From assembly GCA_965250055.1 (NCBI GenBank), contig OZ252285.1, forward strand, positions 2,599,767 to 2,663,766: a DNA stretch of 64,000 bases, given 5' to 3'. The position numbers and the translations under genes are program-made. Below the pieces are notes generated by a model that did not search any database, was not told the origin of the DNA, and saw nothing but the letters and a program-made list of their open reading frames with translations. This document shows positions 1 to 8,913 of the stretch, one piece after another (position 1 is the first letter of the stretch; every line of letters starts with the position of its first letter). This DNA comes from Phycisphaerales bacterium (GTDB lineage: Bacteria > Planctomycetota > Phycisphaerae > Phycisphaerales > UBA1924).

Positions 1-1
1 C

Positions 2-286
2 ACGCGCGTCGGTGGGGGAAAGGAATTGCAAGTCATCGGGGTGATCGGGGCGGAGGAGATCGCTGGATTCGATGGGGGCGTGCTGGTCGCGGACAAGCAC
101 CTGCCGGCTGGGATGCGGGACGCGGCGACTGAATCAGGGATGGTGATCGAAGAGCTCCGATTAGGGGCTCAGGGATGTTTCAGTGCTTCTGAGGGGCGAA
201 ATGCGGTTGATCCCAGCGAGCTCTCGGTGATGTATGCTCGCGAGCCCGACGCGGTGACGCAGTGGAGAGCGCTGCACGGCTCTTGA
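2..286 (+). CDS. 3' end of an unidentified CDS entering from upstream of the window (partial)
   Basis: The frame is open from base 2 to the TGA at 284-286. The track ORF starts at a TTG (26) with no clear SD, so this is more likely the tail of a longer gene. No family recognised. Confidence 0.3.
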   Translation, partial: TRVGGGKELQVIGVIGAEEIAGFDGGVLVADKHLPAGMRDAATESGMVIEELRLGAQGCFSASEGRNAVDPSELSVMYAREPDAVTQWRALHGS

Positions 287-326
287 GTGAAGCTTGTTTT
301 TGAGAGTCTTGTTCGAGCAAGTTATT

Positions 327-396
327 GGGGACCTTGGGGAAAGTGCTGAAAGTTGGGGGGGTTGTGTTATCGGTGTGAAGTTGGGGGGATTGGGGG
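327..396 (+). repeat. Cluster of five TTGGGG(G)n runs in the leader of the two-component operon
   Basis: G-runs at 327-330, 336-339, 355-361, 383-388 and 392-396, each preceded by TT. The 11-nt direct repeat AAGTTGGGGGG occurs at 350-360 and 378-388. Confidence 0.6.
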
Positions 397-449
397 ACGA
401 TGAGCGGGACTACGGGTGTCTATGAAGGCGTCCGAAACCGAGGTCATCG

Positions 450-1058
450 ATGAGCAAGGACGCCCCAGATTGGTCGAATAAGAAGGTCTTTACCACTGGT
501 GAAGCGGCGCAGGTCTGCAAGGTATCTCAGCAGACGATTATCCGTTGCTTTGACTCTGGTCGTTTGAATGGTTTCCGTGTGCCGGGGTCTCGGTTCAGGA
601 GGATCCCGCGTGAGGAGTTGATGCGCTTTATGCGCAGCAACGACATCCCGCTCGAGGTTTTGGGGAGTTCGCTCAAGCGGATTCTGGTGGTAGATGACGA
701 CGTGCAGATCGCGTCGCTCATCAAGGACGTGTTCGGCGATGACGGCCGGTTTGATGTTCGCGTGGCGCACAATGGGTACGACGCGGGGATGGAGACCGAG
801 CGGTTCCAGCCGCACTTGATTCTGCTGGACTACATGCTGCCTGATATCAATGGCGACGTGGTGTGCAAGCGTGTTCGTGAGCGTGAGTCGCTCGCGGAGA
901 CGCGCGTGCTGTGCATCTCTGGTGTGATTGAGTCTGATGAGATCGAGGGTCTGCTTGATGCGGGCGCTGACGGGTTCTTGAAGAAGCCGTTTGATCTTGG
1001 TGAGCTGATGTCGCGTGTTGAATCGCTGCTTGATATGAGTCAACGGAGTGCGGGGTGA
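450..1058 (+). CDS. Response regulator: excisionase/MerR-type HTH fused to an N-terminal-of-receiver REC domain
   Basis: KKVFTTGEAAQVCKVSQQTIIRCFDSGRLNGFRVPGSRFRRIPREEL matches the excisionase-family HTH pattern. The canonical receiver follows: VVDDD acidic pocket, LILLDYMLPDING phospho-Asp, CISG, FLKKPF Lys. The stop overlaps the next start (GTGA at 1055-1058). Confidence 0.85.
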   Translation: MSKDAPDWSNKKVFTTGEAAQVCKVSQQTIIRCFDSGRLNGFRVPGSRFRRIPREELMRFMRSNDIPLEVLGSSLKRILVVDDDVQIASLIKDVFGDDGRFDVRVAHNGYDAGMETERFQPHLILLDYMLPDINGDVVCKRVRERESLAETRVLCISGVIESDEIEGLLDAGADGFLKKPFDLGELMSRVESLLDMSQRSAG

Positions 1059-3388
1059 GCATGAGCGCGACGGCAGAGGGACAGGTCGAGCAGGTCAGCG
1101 GGCGTCAGGTTGAGGCGATCCTTGCGGGGATCACGCGTTTACCGACGCTTCCCGCGGTCGCGGCTCAGCTGCTGTCGATGGGCGCTGACGAGGATGTTCG
1201 TCTGGATGAAGTCATCGAGTTGATTGAGGCGGATCCGGCGCTGAGCGCTCGGATGTTGTCGTTGTGCCGGAGCGCTGATGCGGGACTTGGGGATCGGATC
1301 ACGACGGTTCGTCGAGCGGTGATTATGCTCGGACTCGAGGCGGTCCGGACAGCGGTGCTGAGCGTGCTGATCTTTGATCAGCTGCGTGTGGATGTGCATG
1401 CTGAGGATGGGGAAGAGCCGACGTTTGATATCGAGGGGTTCTGGACGCGCGCGATCGCGGTCGCGTGCGCGAGTGAATGGATCGCGAAGAACACCAGCAC
1501 GATCAGCGTGAGCGGAGAAGAGGCGTACCTCGCGGGACTGCTCCACGGGCTGGGGAAGCTGGCGCTGTACAACGTGCTTCCCAAATCGTGGGAAAAGGCG
1601 CTGGCGATGGCGGAGAGTCATCACCTGACCTTGAGCGGTGCTGAGCGCGCGACGATCGGGCTTGATCATCACACGGCAGGGAAACGATTGAGCGAGCACT
1701 GGGGGCTTCCTGAGACGATCCGCGACGTGGTCTGGTTGCATGGTCAACCAAGTGCCGCTCTCCCTGAGCATTGCAACGCGGAGCTTGTGCTGGTGACCAC
1801 GCTGTCGTGCTTGTGGTGTGAATCACAGCACCTGGGATGGTCGGGCGATGGGACAAGCGGGATCGATGTCAATGAGATCGCATCGGATATCGGGGTGGAC
1901 CTGGAAACACTCGACTCGGTCTCGGGGGAGATCGTCGAACGCGTCAGCGAGCGTGCGCGGATTCTTGGAGTCGGCGAGTTCAGCGCTCCGGAGTTGTTGT
2001 TCTCCTCGTTGACACGCGCCAACACCAAGCTCGCGTCGATCAACCAAGAGCTGCGAGGCAAGCAGCAGATCGCGGACCGCTCGCACTCGCTGCTCGCGGC
2101 GGTGGATGTGTTCTACGACGCGATCGGCGATGGTGTCGAGATCGAACGCATCGTCGAGGGGCTCGTACGCTCCGGAGGGAAGCTGACGGGGATCGATCAT
2201 GGGATGGTGATTATGCAGGACTCCCCTGGTGCTTCGTGGATAAAGTATCAGGTGGTGGACGGGAAGATCGTTGATCCCAACAACGCCGGGCAGGTTGTTG
2301 TCGGTCCGAGTGTGTCAGACAGCGGCGAGATCCGTCCGGGACACATCGCGGGACTCAGCGGCGATCAGGTTTTGGACCTTGCGAATCTGGACTGGTTCCG
2401 CACGATGATTCAGTCGGTGCGTGAGATCGGGGTTGCTTCGCTGATCGGGGTCGGAGACTGCGGCGAGACAGGCGAATCGAGTGATTCGGTATCGTGCTTG
2501 GTGGTGCTGGTCAAAGCATCGAGCGACGCTGCTCCGGAGCTGAGCGCCAAGGGCTTTCGCGTGGTCCGCAGAGCATGGGCAAGAGCGCTGGAGAACTCGA
2601 TCCAGGCGAACGACGCGAAGATGCTCGCGGAAGAGATCGCGAGCGCGAACAGAGAGCTTGCAGAAATGCAGCGCCAGCGGACGAAGAACGAATCGCTGCT
2701 GCGCCTCGGACAGATGGCGGCGGGGGCGGCGCACGAGATGAACAATCCGCTGTCGGTGATCAACGGACGCTCGCAGCAGTTGTTCGAACGTCTTGGCACG
2801 CAGCGGGATCGGGACGCGGCCCAAGCGATCGCGCAAGCGGCGGACTCACTGTCGAGCATGATCACCTCGATGCATCTGCTCGCAGAACCACCTGAGCCGA
2901 CGATCGCGTCGACGGATCCGGTGCTTGTGGTCCGTCAAGCGATCGAGCAAGCGAAGAGCAAGTGTCATCGCGGCGGGATCCGCGCGAAGGTGAAGCTGCA
3001 TATCGCTGGTGTGCTTGAGCCGATCGATGTGGATCGTGAGTTGATGGCCAGTGCGATCAGTGAGCCGATCATCAATGGTGTTTTATCGAATCCTTCGGGT
3101 GTTGTGAATGTTTCGATTGAACCCGCGGGGGGCGATGGCCGAGTAATGGTACGGATCGTTGATACGGGGCCCGGTTTATCCCAGAGGGCGCTGAATCATG
3201 CGTTCGATCCGTTCTTTTCAGAGCTCAAAGCGGGACGACGTCCTGGATTGGGTCTGTCGAGATCTCGGAGTGTGATCGAGTTGCACGGCGGCGCGATTGA
3301 TATCTCCAACACCGCTGGGAAGGTTCCTGGCGCTCAGGTACAGATCGTGCTTCGTGGGAAGCACAAGGGCCGTAAGTCGGCGGCATGA
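1055..3388 (+). CDS. Cytoplasmic sensor histidine kinase with N-terminal HDOD domain
   Basis: HDOD-like N-terminus (LPTLPAVAAQLL...IEADPALSARMLSLCRSA...VRRAVIMLGLEAVR, HHTAG). H-box AAGAAHEMNNPLSVI, G1 box DTGPGL and G2 box GLGLSRSR are present. No TM helices seen. Alternative ATG start at 1061. Confidence 0.85.
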   Translation: MSMSATAEGQVEQVSGRQVEAILAGITRLPTLPAVAAQLLSMGADEDVRLDEVIELIEADPALSARMLSLCRSADAGLGDRITTVRRAVIMLGLEAVRTAVLSVLIFDQLRVDVHAEDGEEPTFDIEGFWTRAIAVACASEWIAKNTSTISVSGEEAYLAGLLHGLGKLALYNVLPKSWEKALAMAESHHLTLSGAERATIGLDHHTAGKRLSEHWGLPETIRDVVWLHGQPSAALPEHCNAELVLVTTLSCLWCESQHLGWSGDGTSGIDVNEIASDIGVDLETLDSVSGEIVERVSERARILGVGEFSAPELLFSSLTRANTKLASINQELRGKQQIADRSHSLLAAVDVFYDAIGDGVEIERIVEGLVRSGGKLTGIDHGMVIMQDSPGASWIKYQVVDGKIVDPNNAGQVVVGPSVSDSGEIRPGHIAGLSGDQVLDLANLDWFRTMIQSVREIGVASLIGVGDCGETGESSDSVSCLVVLVKASSDAAPELSAKGFRVVRRAWARALENSIQANDAKMLAEEIASANRELAEMQRQRTKNESLLRLGQMAAGAAHEMNNPLSVINGRSQQLFERLGTQRDRDAAQAIAQAADSLSSMITSMHLLAEPPEPTIASTDPVLVVRQAIEQAKSKCHRGGIRAKVKLHIAGVLEPIDVDRELMASAISEPIINGVLSNPSGVVNVSIEPAGGDGRVMVRIVDTGPGLSQRALNHAFDPFFSELKAGRRPGLGLSRSRSVIELHGGAIDISNTAGKVPGAQVQIVLRGKHKGRKSAA

Positions 3389-3430
3389 TTGAACGCATGA
3401 TGATTCAAGGATGAGAGAAGCGAGCACGCA

Positions 3431-4684
3431 ATGAACCACAGGGACACACCATCTGAGCAGCCGACGGGGAACGAATCGCTCGGGCACGCGTCGATCGAGG
3501 GTCCGGATTCAACGATTCTTGAAACCGTCGGGCTCCGTGCTCGCGTGCTTGCGGTGAGTCCGCGCCGATCGATCCGTCGTCGGATCGCGTCGATGCTCCA
3601 CGGGCGGATCGAGTCCATCGAGTTCGTCGAGACCGCGAGCGAGGCGCTCGAGTACATCAATACAAGCAATACCGATCTGGTGATCATCGAACGGGCGCTC
3701 TCCAAAGGCGACGGCATCGAGCTGCTCGAGACCATCACGCATCATCATCCGATGATCGTGGGTGTGGTGCTCGGAGCGATCCAGAGCACGGACGACGCGG
3801 TCCGCGCGATGCGCGCCGGGGCGTGTGATCTGATCCAGATGAGCTCGAAGGAAGCGGACACGGTCCGTCGATTGGTCGGAGCGGCGGAGCGTGCTGAGCG
3901 CGTTCGCCGGCGCGATGCTCGCGTGGATCGTCTCAAGAAGCTCTGCAACAAGCTCAACAGCGCTCGCGAGGAAGTGACAGGACAGATCGGCGGGCTCTGC
4001 ACAGACCTCACCGACGCGTACAAGGACCTGACCCAGCAGTTTGGCGAGGTCAAAATCACGAGCGAGCTCGAGACGCTGCTGCGTCAGGAGCTTGATATCG
4101 AATCATTGCTGCGGACGCTTCTGGAGTTCACGCTCTCGAAGATCGGTCCGACGAACGCGGCGATTTTCATGCCTACGAGCGGCGGGGACTACTCCGTTGG
4201 CGCGTACGTGAACTATGACATCGCGAAAGAGACCGCTGAGGTCATGCTCGATCAGCTCGCGGACTCGGTTCCTGAGAGTGTGGAGCATCTCGAAGGTGTT
4301 CGCGCGATGTCGGGACGTGTGGAGCTGACGGAGATGCTCGGGACCAGCGCGTACTGGGTCGAGGATTCGACGATGCTGACGATCTCGTGCCGAGAGGATG
4401 ACGAGTGCCTTGCGGTGCTCGCGTTGTTCCGCGATCGCTCGCGGAGTTTCAGCGAGGATGATGTCCGGATGCTCGGGATCATCGGCACATTGTTTGGCAA
4501 TCAGCTCTCGCGGGTCATCCAGACGCACCATCGCCACCTCCCGCGTGACCAGTGGGGGCTGAGCGGGGACTACGGCGTAGACGACGAGCCGGGTGATGAC
4601 AGCTATGGTTTCGACGACGGGAACTATGGTGGTGATTTCGGGGGCGATGACTACGGCGACGACTACGGCGGATTCGCGGCGTGA
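3431..4684 (+). CDS. Atypical (pseudo-)receiver - coiled coil - GAF-like protein with acidic Gly/Asp/Tyr tail
   Basis: REC-like fold (VLAVS...DLVIIERALSKGDGIELL...GACDLIQMSSK), but the phospho-acceptor position is Glu87 (codon 3689-3691 GAA) and the N-terminal DD pair is absent. A GAF-like block follows (LLEFTLSKIGPTNAAIFMP...LAVLALFRDR...). The last ~40 aa read GDYGVDDEPGDDSYGFDDGNYGGDFGGDDYGDDYGGFAA. Confidence 0.75.
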   Translation: MNHRDTPSEQPTGNESLGHASIEGPDSTILETVGLRARVLAVSPRRSIRRRIASMLHGRIESIEFVETASEALEYINTSNTDLVIIERALSKGDGIELLETITHHHPMIVGVVLGAIQSTDDAVRAMRAGACDLIQMSSKEADTVRRLVGAAERAERVRRRDARVDRLKKLCNKLNSAREEVTGQIGGLCTDLTDAYKDLTQQFGEVKITSELETLLRQELDIESLLRTLLEFTLSKIGPTNAAIFMPTSGGDYSVGAYVNYDIAKETAEVMLDQLADSVPESVEHLEGVRAMSGRVELTEMLGTSAYWVEDSTMLTISCREDDECLAVLALFRDRSRSFSEDDVRMLGIIGTLFGNQLSRVIQTHHRHLPRDQWGLSGDYGVDDEPGDDSYGFDDGNYGGDFGGDDYGDDYGGFAA

Positions 4685-4870
4685 GCTGCTGGATTGTGTA
4701 GTCGGAAGTGAAACTGAGTTTGCTGAGTTCCTAAGAAGATTCTGATTGGGCCAATCTGCTCCGTCAGGGTTTCAACAAACACACGCGATCGAGCGTGTCG
4801 TCGCACATGTAGTGTCATCAGCGCGTTAAACTATCCTGCCGGGCAATCACCTGTCCCGCGGGAGTTTTTT

Positions 4871-5443
4871 ATGATGGACATCCTCTTCGGCGACCTCGCA
4901 CCTTGGTTCACGGCCCCGGCGCTTCTGGGGACTGGGGTTCTGTTTATCCAGCTACTGATGGGTGAGCTCGGCGGGGATGGGGCGCTCGATATTGATCTCG
5001 ATATCGACACGCACGCGGATCATCCGGGTGTGGAGTTCGGGATCCTGAGTCTGCAGTCGATCTCCGCGTTCTTCCTTGGGTACGGATGGGTCGGGCTCGC
5101 GGCGTACCGGTTCTTGAATGTTGGGTTTACTGGAGCGGCGTTTATTGCGGTGCTCGCGGGGATAGGAGTCGCGTGGCTGATGGTGTGGCTGCTGCGGACA
5201 TTCCTGAAGCTGCAGAACAACACGAATGTTTCGATCCACCAGACGGTGGGTCTCGAGGGCGAGGTCTACGCGACCGTCCCTCCTGAGGGGACTGGCCGCG
5301 GGGAAATTATCCTCGTGATCAATCAGAGTCAGCACAACTACTTCGCGACCCAGGAGGGGAGCGAGGCGATCCAGACGCGGAGCCGAGTACGCGTGCTGCG
5401 TGCTGACGCGGCGAGCAACACGATTGTTGTTGAGCCGGTGTAA
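4871..5443 (+). CDS. NfeD/YqiJ-like membrane protein
   Basis: N-terminal TM helices plus a C-terminal OB-like soluble tail (GEVYATVPPEGTGRGEIILV...RVRVLRADA). Sits directly upstream of a flotillin gene, the classic NfeD-SPFH pairing. Confidence 0.7.
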   Translation: MMDILFGDLAPWFTAPALLGTGVLFIQLLMGELGGDGALDIDLDIDTHADHPGVEFGILSLQSISAFFLGYGWVGLAAYRFLNVGFTGAAFIAVLAGIGVAWLMVWLLRTFLKLQNNTNVSIHQTVGLEGEVYATVPPEGTGRGEIILVINQSQHNYFATQEGSEAIQTRSRVRVLRADAASNTIVVEPV

Positions 5444-5496
5444 TACATATCCATGAACGATGATGAGCGTTCAGGACAATATATGAAGGGACATCT

Positions 5497-7152
5497 ATGA
5501 CCATTGAATCGTTATTCCGATCACCTATTGCAACTACGAATGCGACAACGACGTTGTCGCAGGCGGACACGTCCAACAGCGGGATGTTCATCATCATCGT
5601 TGTCGCGGTGGTCTTGTTCGTCGGCGTCTTTGTGACGCTGTTCCTTGCGACGCGGTATCGGCGCTGTCCGTCGAACCGGATCCTAGTGATCTGGGGTACA
5701 GGGTCGAAGTCCTCGGCGCAGTGCCACCACGGCGGCGGTAAGTTTGTGTGGCCTGTGATCCAGGACTACGCGTACATGTCGCTTGAGCCGCTCGTGATTG
5801 AGATCCCGCTGCAGGGGGCGCTGTCGCTCAACAACATCCGTGTGAATGTGCCCTCGACGTTTACGGTTGGTATCTCCAAGAGTCCCGTGCTGATGAACAA
5901 CGCGGCTGAGCGTTTGCTGGGACTCAATCAAGCGGCGATCCAGGATCAGGCGCAGGACATTATTCTGGGTCAGCTTCGTTTGGTGATCGCGACGCTCTCG
6001 ATCGAGGAGATCAATAAGGATCGCGAGAAGTTCATGAGTCTGGTCAATGAGAACGTGGCTGAGGAGATCAACAAGATCGGTCTCTCGCTGATCAACGTGA
6101 ACATCCGTGATATCACGGATGAGTCGGGTTACATCGAAGCGATCGGTAAGCGTGCGGCGGCGGAAGCGATTAACCGCGCGAAGGTCGAGGTGGCGCAGCA
6201 AGACCGCGAGGGCGCGGTCGGTGAAGCGGCGGCGGTTCGTGAACGCAATGTCCGCGTCGCTGAGGAGCGATCGCTCGCTGAGCAGGGTCAGAAGAACGCG
6301 GAGCAGCAGCAGCGCATCGCGGTCGCGGAGCTCGAGGCCCAGGCAGTGGTCGGGGAAGTCGAGTTTAAGCGTGACCAGGAGATCGCGGCCGCGGAGCGTC
6401 TCGCGGAAACCATCGCGGCTCAGAAGCGCGCCGAGCAGGAACAGCGCGTCCAGGTCGCGAGCGCCGAAGCGACCGCGGTCGAGGGCGAGAACAGCTCGTC
6501 GGCGAAGGTTGCTGAGTCCAACGCACAGCTCGCGGAGATCCGAGCAGAAGCAAGCAGACGCTCGGACGTCGCGACGGCTGAAGCGAAGCAGAAGATCTTC
6601 ACCGCTCAGCGGGAAGAAGAGCTCGCACGTCTGGCGAAGGAACAACTGGCGCCGCAGGAGATCGAACTCAAGCGCGTCGAGATCGAAGCGGAAGCGGTCG
6701 CTGAACGCGAACGCCGCGAGGCGCGTGGTCACGCGGATGCGGTGCTCGCGAAGTACGAAGCGGAAGCAAAGGGTACCCAGCAGGTGCTCGAAGCGAAAGC
6801 GGAGGGGTACCGTCAGCTGATGGAGTCGTGTGCTCAGAACCCACGCATCGCGCCGACGCTGCTGATGATCGAGCAGCTCCCAGAGCTCGTCGCGATGCAG
6901 GTCAAAGCGATCCAGAACCTCCAGATCGACAAGATCACGGTCTGGGATTCGGGGAGCGGCTCACGCGACGGCAACGGCAACGCAACCGCAAACTTCCTGA
7001 GCGGGATGATCGGTTCGCTGCCACAGGTCCACGAGCTTGCCAAGCAAGCGGGGATTGAACTCCCCAGCGCGCTTGGACACGTTGTTGACACCGATGAAGC
7101 TAGGTCAGATTCGATTCCTGAATCCAAGCCTGCGTCGGGACACGACTCATAA
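5497..7152 (+). CDS. Flotillin / SPFH (band 7) family protein, YqiK-like
   Basis: TM anchor, then an SPFH core (RYRRCPSNRILVIWG...VWPVIQDYAYMSLEP...). A long Ala/Glu-rich coiled coil follows (AAAEAINRAKVEVAQQDREGA...). The start could instead be the internal Met at aa 30. Confidence 0.85.
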   Translation: MTIESLFRSPIATTNATTTLSQADTSNSGMFIIIVVAVVLFVGVFVTLFLATRYRRCPSNRILVIWGTGSKSSAQCHHGGGKFVWPVIQDYAYMSLEPLVIEIPLQGALSLNNIRVNVPSTFTVGISKSPVLMNNAAERLLGLNQAAIQDQAQDIILGQLRLVIATLSIEEINKDREKFMSLVNENVAEEINKIGLSLINVNIRDITDESGYIEAIGKRAAAEAINRAKVEVAQQDREGAVGEAAAVRERNVRVAEERSLAEQGQKNAEQQQRIAVAELEAQAVVGEVEFKRDQEIAAAERLAETIAAQKRAEQEQRVQVASAEATAVEGENSSSAKVAESNAQLAEIRAEASRRSDVATAEAKQKIFTAQREEELARLAKEQLAPQEIELKRVEIEAEAVAERERREARGHADAVLAKYEAEAKGTQQVLEAKAEGYRQLMESCAQNPRIAPTLLMIEQLPELVAMQVKAIQNLQIDKITVWDSGSGSRDGNGNATANFLSGMIGSLPQVHELAKQAGIELPSALGHVVDTDEARSDSIPESKPASGHDS

Positions 7153-7172
7153 GCACGAGCTTGAATGAAACA

Positions 7173-7206
7173 AAGAAGCACCCCAGAGCGATCTGGGGTG
7201 CTTCTT
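7173..7206. terminator. Bidirectional hairpin between convergent flotillin and der genes
   Basis: Perfect 15-bp stem AAGAAGCACCCCAGA / TCTGGGGTGCTTCTT with a GCGA loop. It is flanked by A-rich (5') and T-rich (3') sequence. Confidence 0.75.
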
Positions 7207-7227
7207 ATTGATGGGTGATCATGCAGA

Positions 7228-8826
7228 TCAATCGTCGAAGTAGGCGCTCGCATCATCTGGGAGGTCAGCGAGGAACGCATCGCGATCGATTGTTTCGACG
7301 GTCATGTCCTCGTCGAAGCGTCCGGTGTCCTGATCGGGGATGTGGAGCTGTTTGCCTGAGTTAGACTTGGATCGTTTCTCGACTCGGCTGCGGGCGCGGA
7401 GGATGAGCTTGATCGGGACCTCTCCGAATGGGAGCAACTCGCGGATGCGGTTCATGAGGTATCGCTCGTAGTTGAGCGTGAATCGATCGGGATCGTTCAC
7501 CACAAGCACGAGAGTCGGTGGATTGGTCTTGACCTGGGATGCGAAGTAGACGCGTGCTTCAGCGCCGAGCTTGTTGGATGGTCCACGCGCTTCGATGATG
7601 GACGAGATCGTGCGGTTGAGCTGTCCTGTTCCGATGCGTGTGGATGCTTGCTCGAACATCTCGCTCGCGATCTCGAGCGTCTCGGTGACGTTGAGTCCTT
7701 CCTTGGCGCTGATGATCGCGATGGGCGCCCACGAGAGTCCCTTGAGTTCCTTGCGGATGTAGTCTTCGTAGCGTTTGGGAGTCGCTTGGCGTCCGGATTG
7801 GTCGGAGCCGTCTTTCGCGATGTCCCATTTGTTGAGGACGATGACGACGGGTTTGTGCGAATCGACGATGAGCTTCCCGAGCTGTTCGTCGACCTGCGAG
7901 ATTTCTGTCGTCGCGTCGAGCAGGTACAGCACCACATCGGCGCGGGTGATGGCGCGCTTGGCGCGATCGAGCGCGTAGTACTCGATCTTGTCCTGGAATG
8001 ATTTTTTGCGTCGGAGTCCCGCGGTGTCGATCGCGAGGATGGACTTGCCGTCGATTTCGATCTTGACGTCCACAGCGTCGCGCGTGGTCCCTGCGATTTC
8101 CGAGACGATGACGCGTGGTTCACCCGCGAGGGTGTTGACGAGCGTGGACTTCCCGGCGTTGCGTTTCCCGACGATCGCGACCTTCATGTCGACTTCGGGT
8201 TCTGGATCGCCGTGGTACTCCGGGACGATGTCGAAGAGCTTGTCGAGCATGTCGCGGCGGAGGTACTTGGACTTGGACGAGCAGATCAGCGGCTGACCAA
8301 ATCCGAACGCGGCGAGCTCGTACGCGTGGGGTTCCCATCCGGAGTCGTCGCACTTGGTCGCGATGACGTGGACTGGGGTGAGCTCGGAGTTTTTGACGCC
8401 GTCCTTGTCTCGGCGTCCGAGTTTCTGCTCGCGGAGCATCTGCGCGATTGCTTGGTCTTGTCCGGTGATCCCGGCTTGGCAATCGACGGCGAAGAGGATG
8501 ACGTCCGCCGTGGACACGGCTTGGGCGATCTGGTGCTCGATGTCATTGGTAAGCGTCGCGAGGTCGGCGCCGATCTCGTTGTAGCGGGCGCCGTCAGCGA
8601 CGTAAACCCCGAATCCGCCGGTGTCGGTGAGTTCGACCTGCTTCGCGGTATCGCGTTCGTTGGTGGGGTCCTTGGGGTCGGGGAGCTCGACAATGGTGGA
8701 GATCCGATCGCGCGTGACGCCCGGCGTTGGGTCAACGATCGCGATGCGCTCCTGTGCGATGAGGTTCAGGAGGGAGGACTTGCCGACATTGGGTCGGCCG
8801 ACGATGGCAACACGAGGGATGGGCAT
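7228..8826 (-). CDS. der: Ribosome-associated GTPase Der (EngA), double G-domain
   Basis: Two P-loops (GRPNVGKSSLLN and GKRNAGKSTLVN), DTGG/DTAG and NKWD motifs, and a KH-like C-terminus. An acidic C-terminal extension is present. Confidence 0.95.
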   Translation of the reverse strand: MPIPRVAIVGRPNVGKSSLLNLIAQERIAIVDPTPGVTRDRISTIVELPDPKDPTNERDTAKQVELTDTGGFGVYVADGARYNEIGADLATLTNDIEHQIAQAVSTADVILFAVDCQAGITGQDQAIAQMLREQKLGRRDKDGVKNSELTPVHVIATKCDDSGWEPHAYELAAFGFGQPLICSSKSKYLRRDMLDKLFDIVPEYHGDPEPEVDMKVAIVGKRNAGKSTLVNTLAGEPRVIVSEIAGTTRDAVDVKIEIDGKSILAIDTAGLRRKKSFQDKIEYYALDRAKRAITRADVVLYLLDATTEISQVDEQLGKLIVDSHKPVVIVLNKWDIAKDGSDQSGRQATPKRYEDYIRKELKGLSWAPIAIISAKEGLNVTETLEIASEMFEQASTRIGTGQLNRTISSIIEARGPSNKLGAEARVYFASQVKTNPPTLVLVVNDPDRFTLNYERYLMNRIRELLPFGEVPIKLILRARSRVEKRSKSNSGKQLHIPDQDTGRFDEDMTVETIDRDAFLADLPDDASAYFDD

Positions 8827-8913
8827 AGTCGAGGATCATAGACCCGATCCTCGAAAAGCAAAATTGAAAGTGCCGCAAACCTCGATTAGATAGGTATTTG
8901 TGGGTACATTTCT

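Noticed and set aside
26-286. An independent 86-aa gene starting at the TTG at 26.
   Set aside because: The frame is open back to the window edge and no SD precedes position 26. It is treated as the 3' end of an upstream gene.
4782-4799. The palindrome ACACGC-GATCGA-GCGTGT in the gap after the two-component operon, considered as a terminator or operator.
   Set aside because: It has only a 6-bp stem and no T-run, and nothing else supports it. It cannot be distinguished from chance in a G+C-rich genome.
5683-6820. 349-aa minus-strand and 237-aa plus-strand ORFs inside the flotillin gene.
   Set aside because: They are artefacts of the Ala/Glu/Arg-rich coiled-coil coding region (GCN/GAR/CGN periodicity keeps the other frames open). 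The flotillin frame has the SPFH signature.
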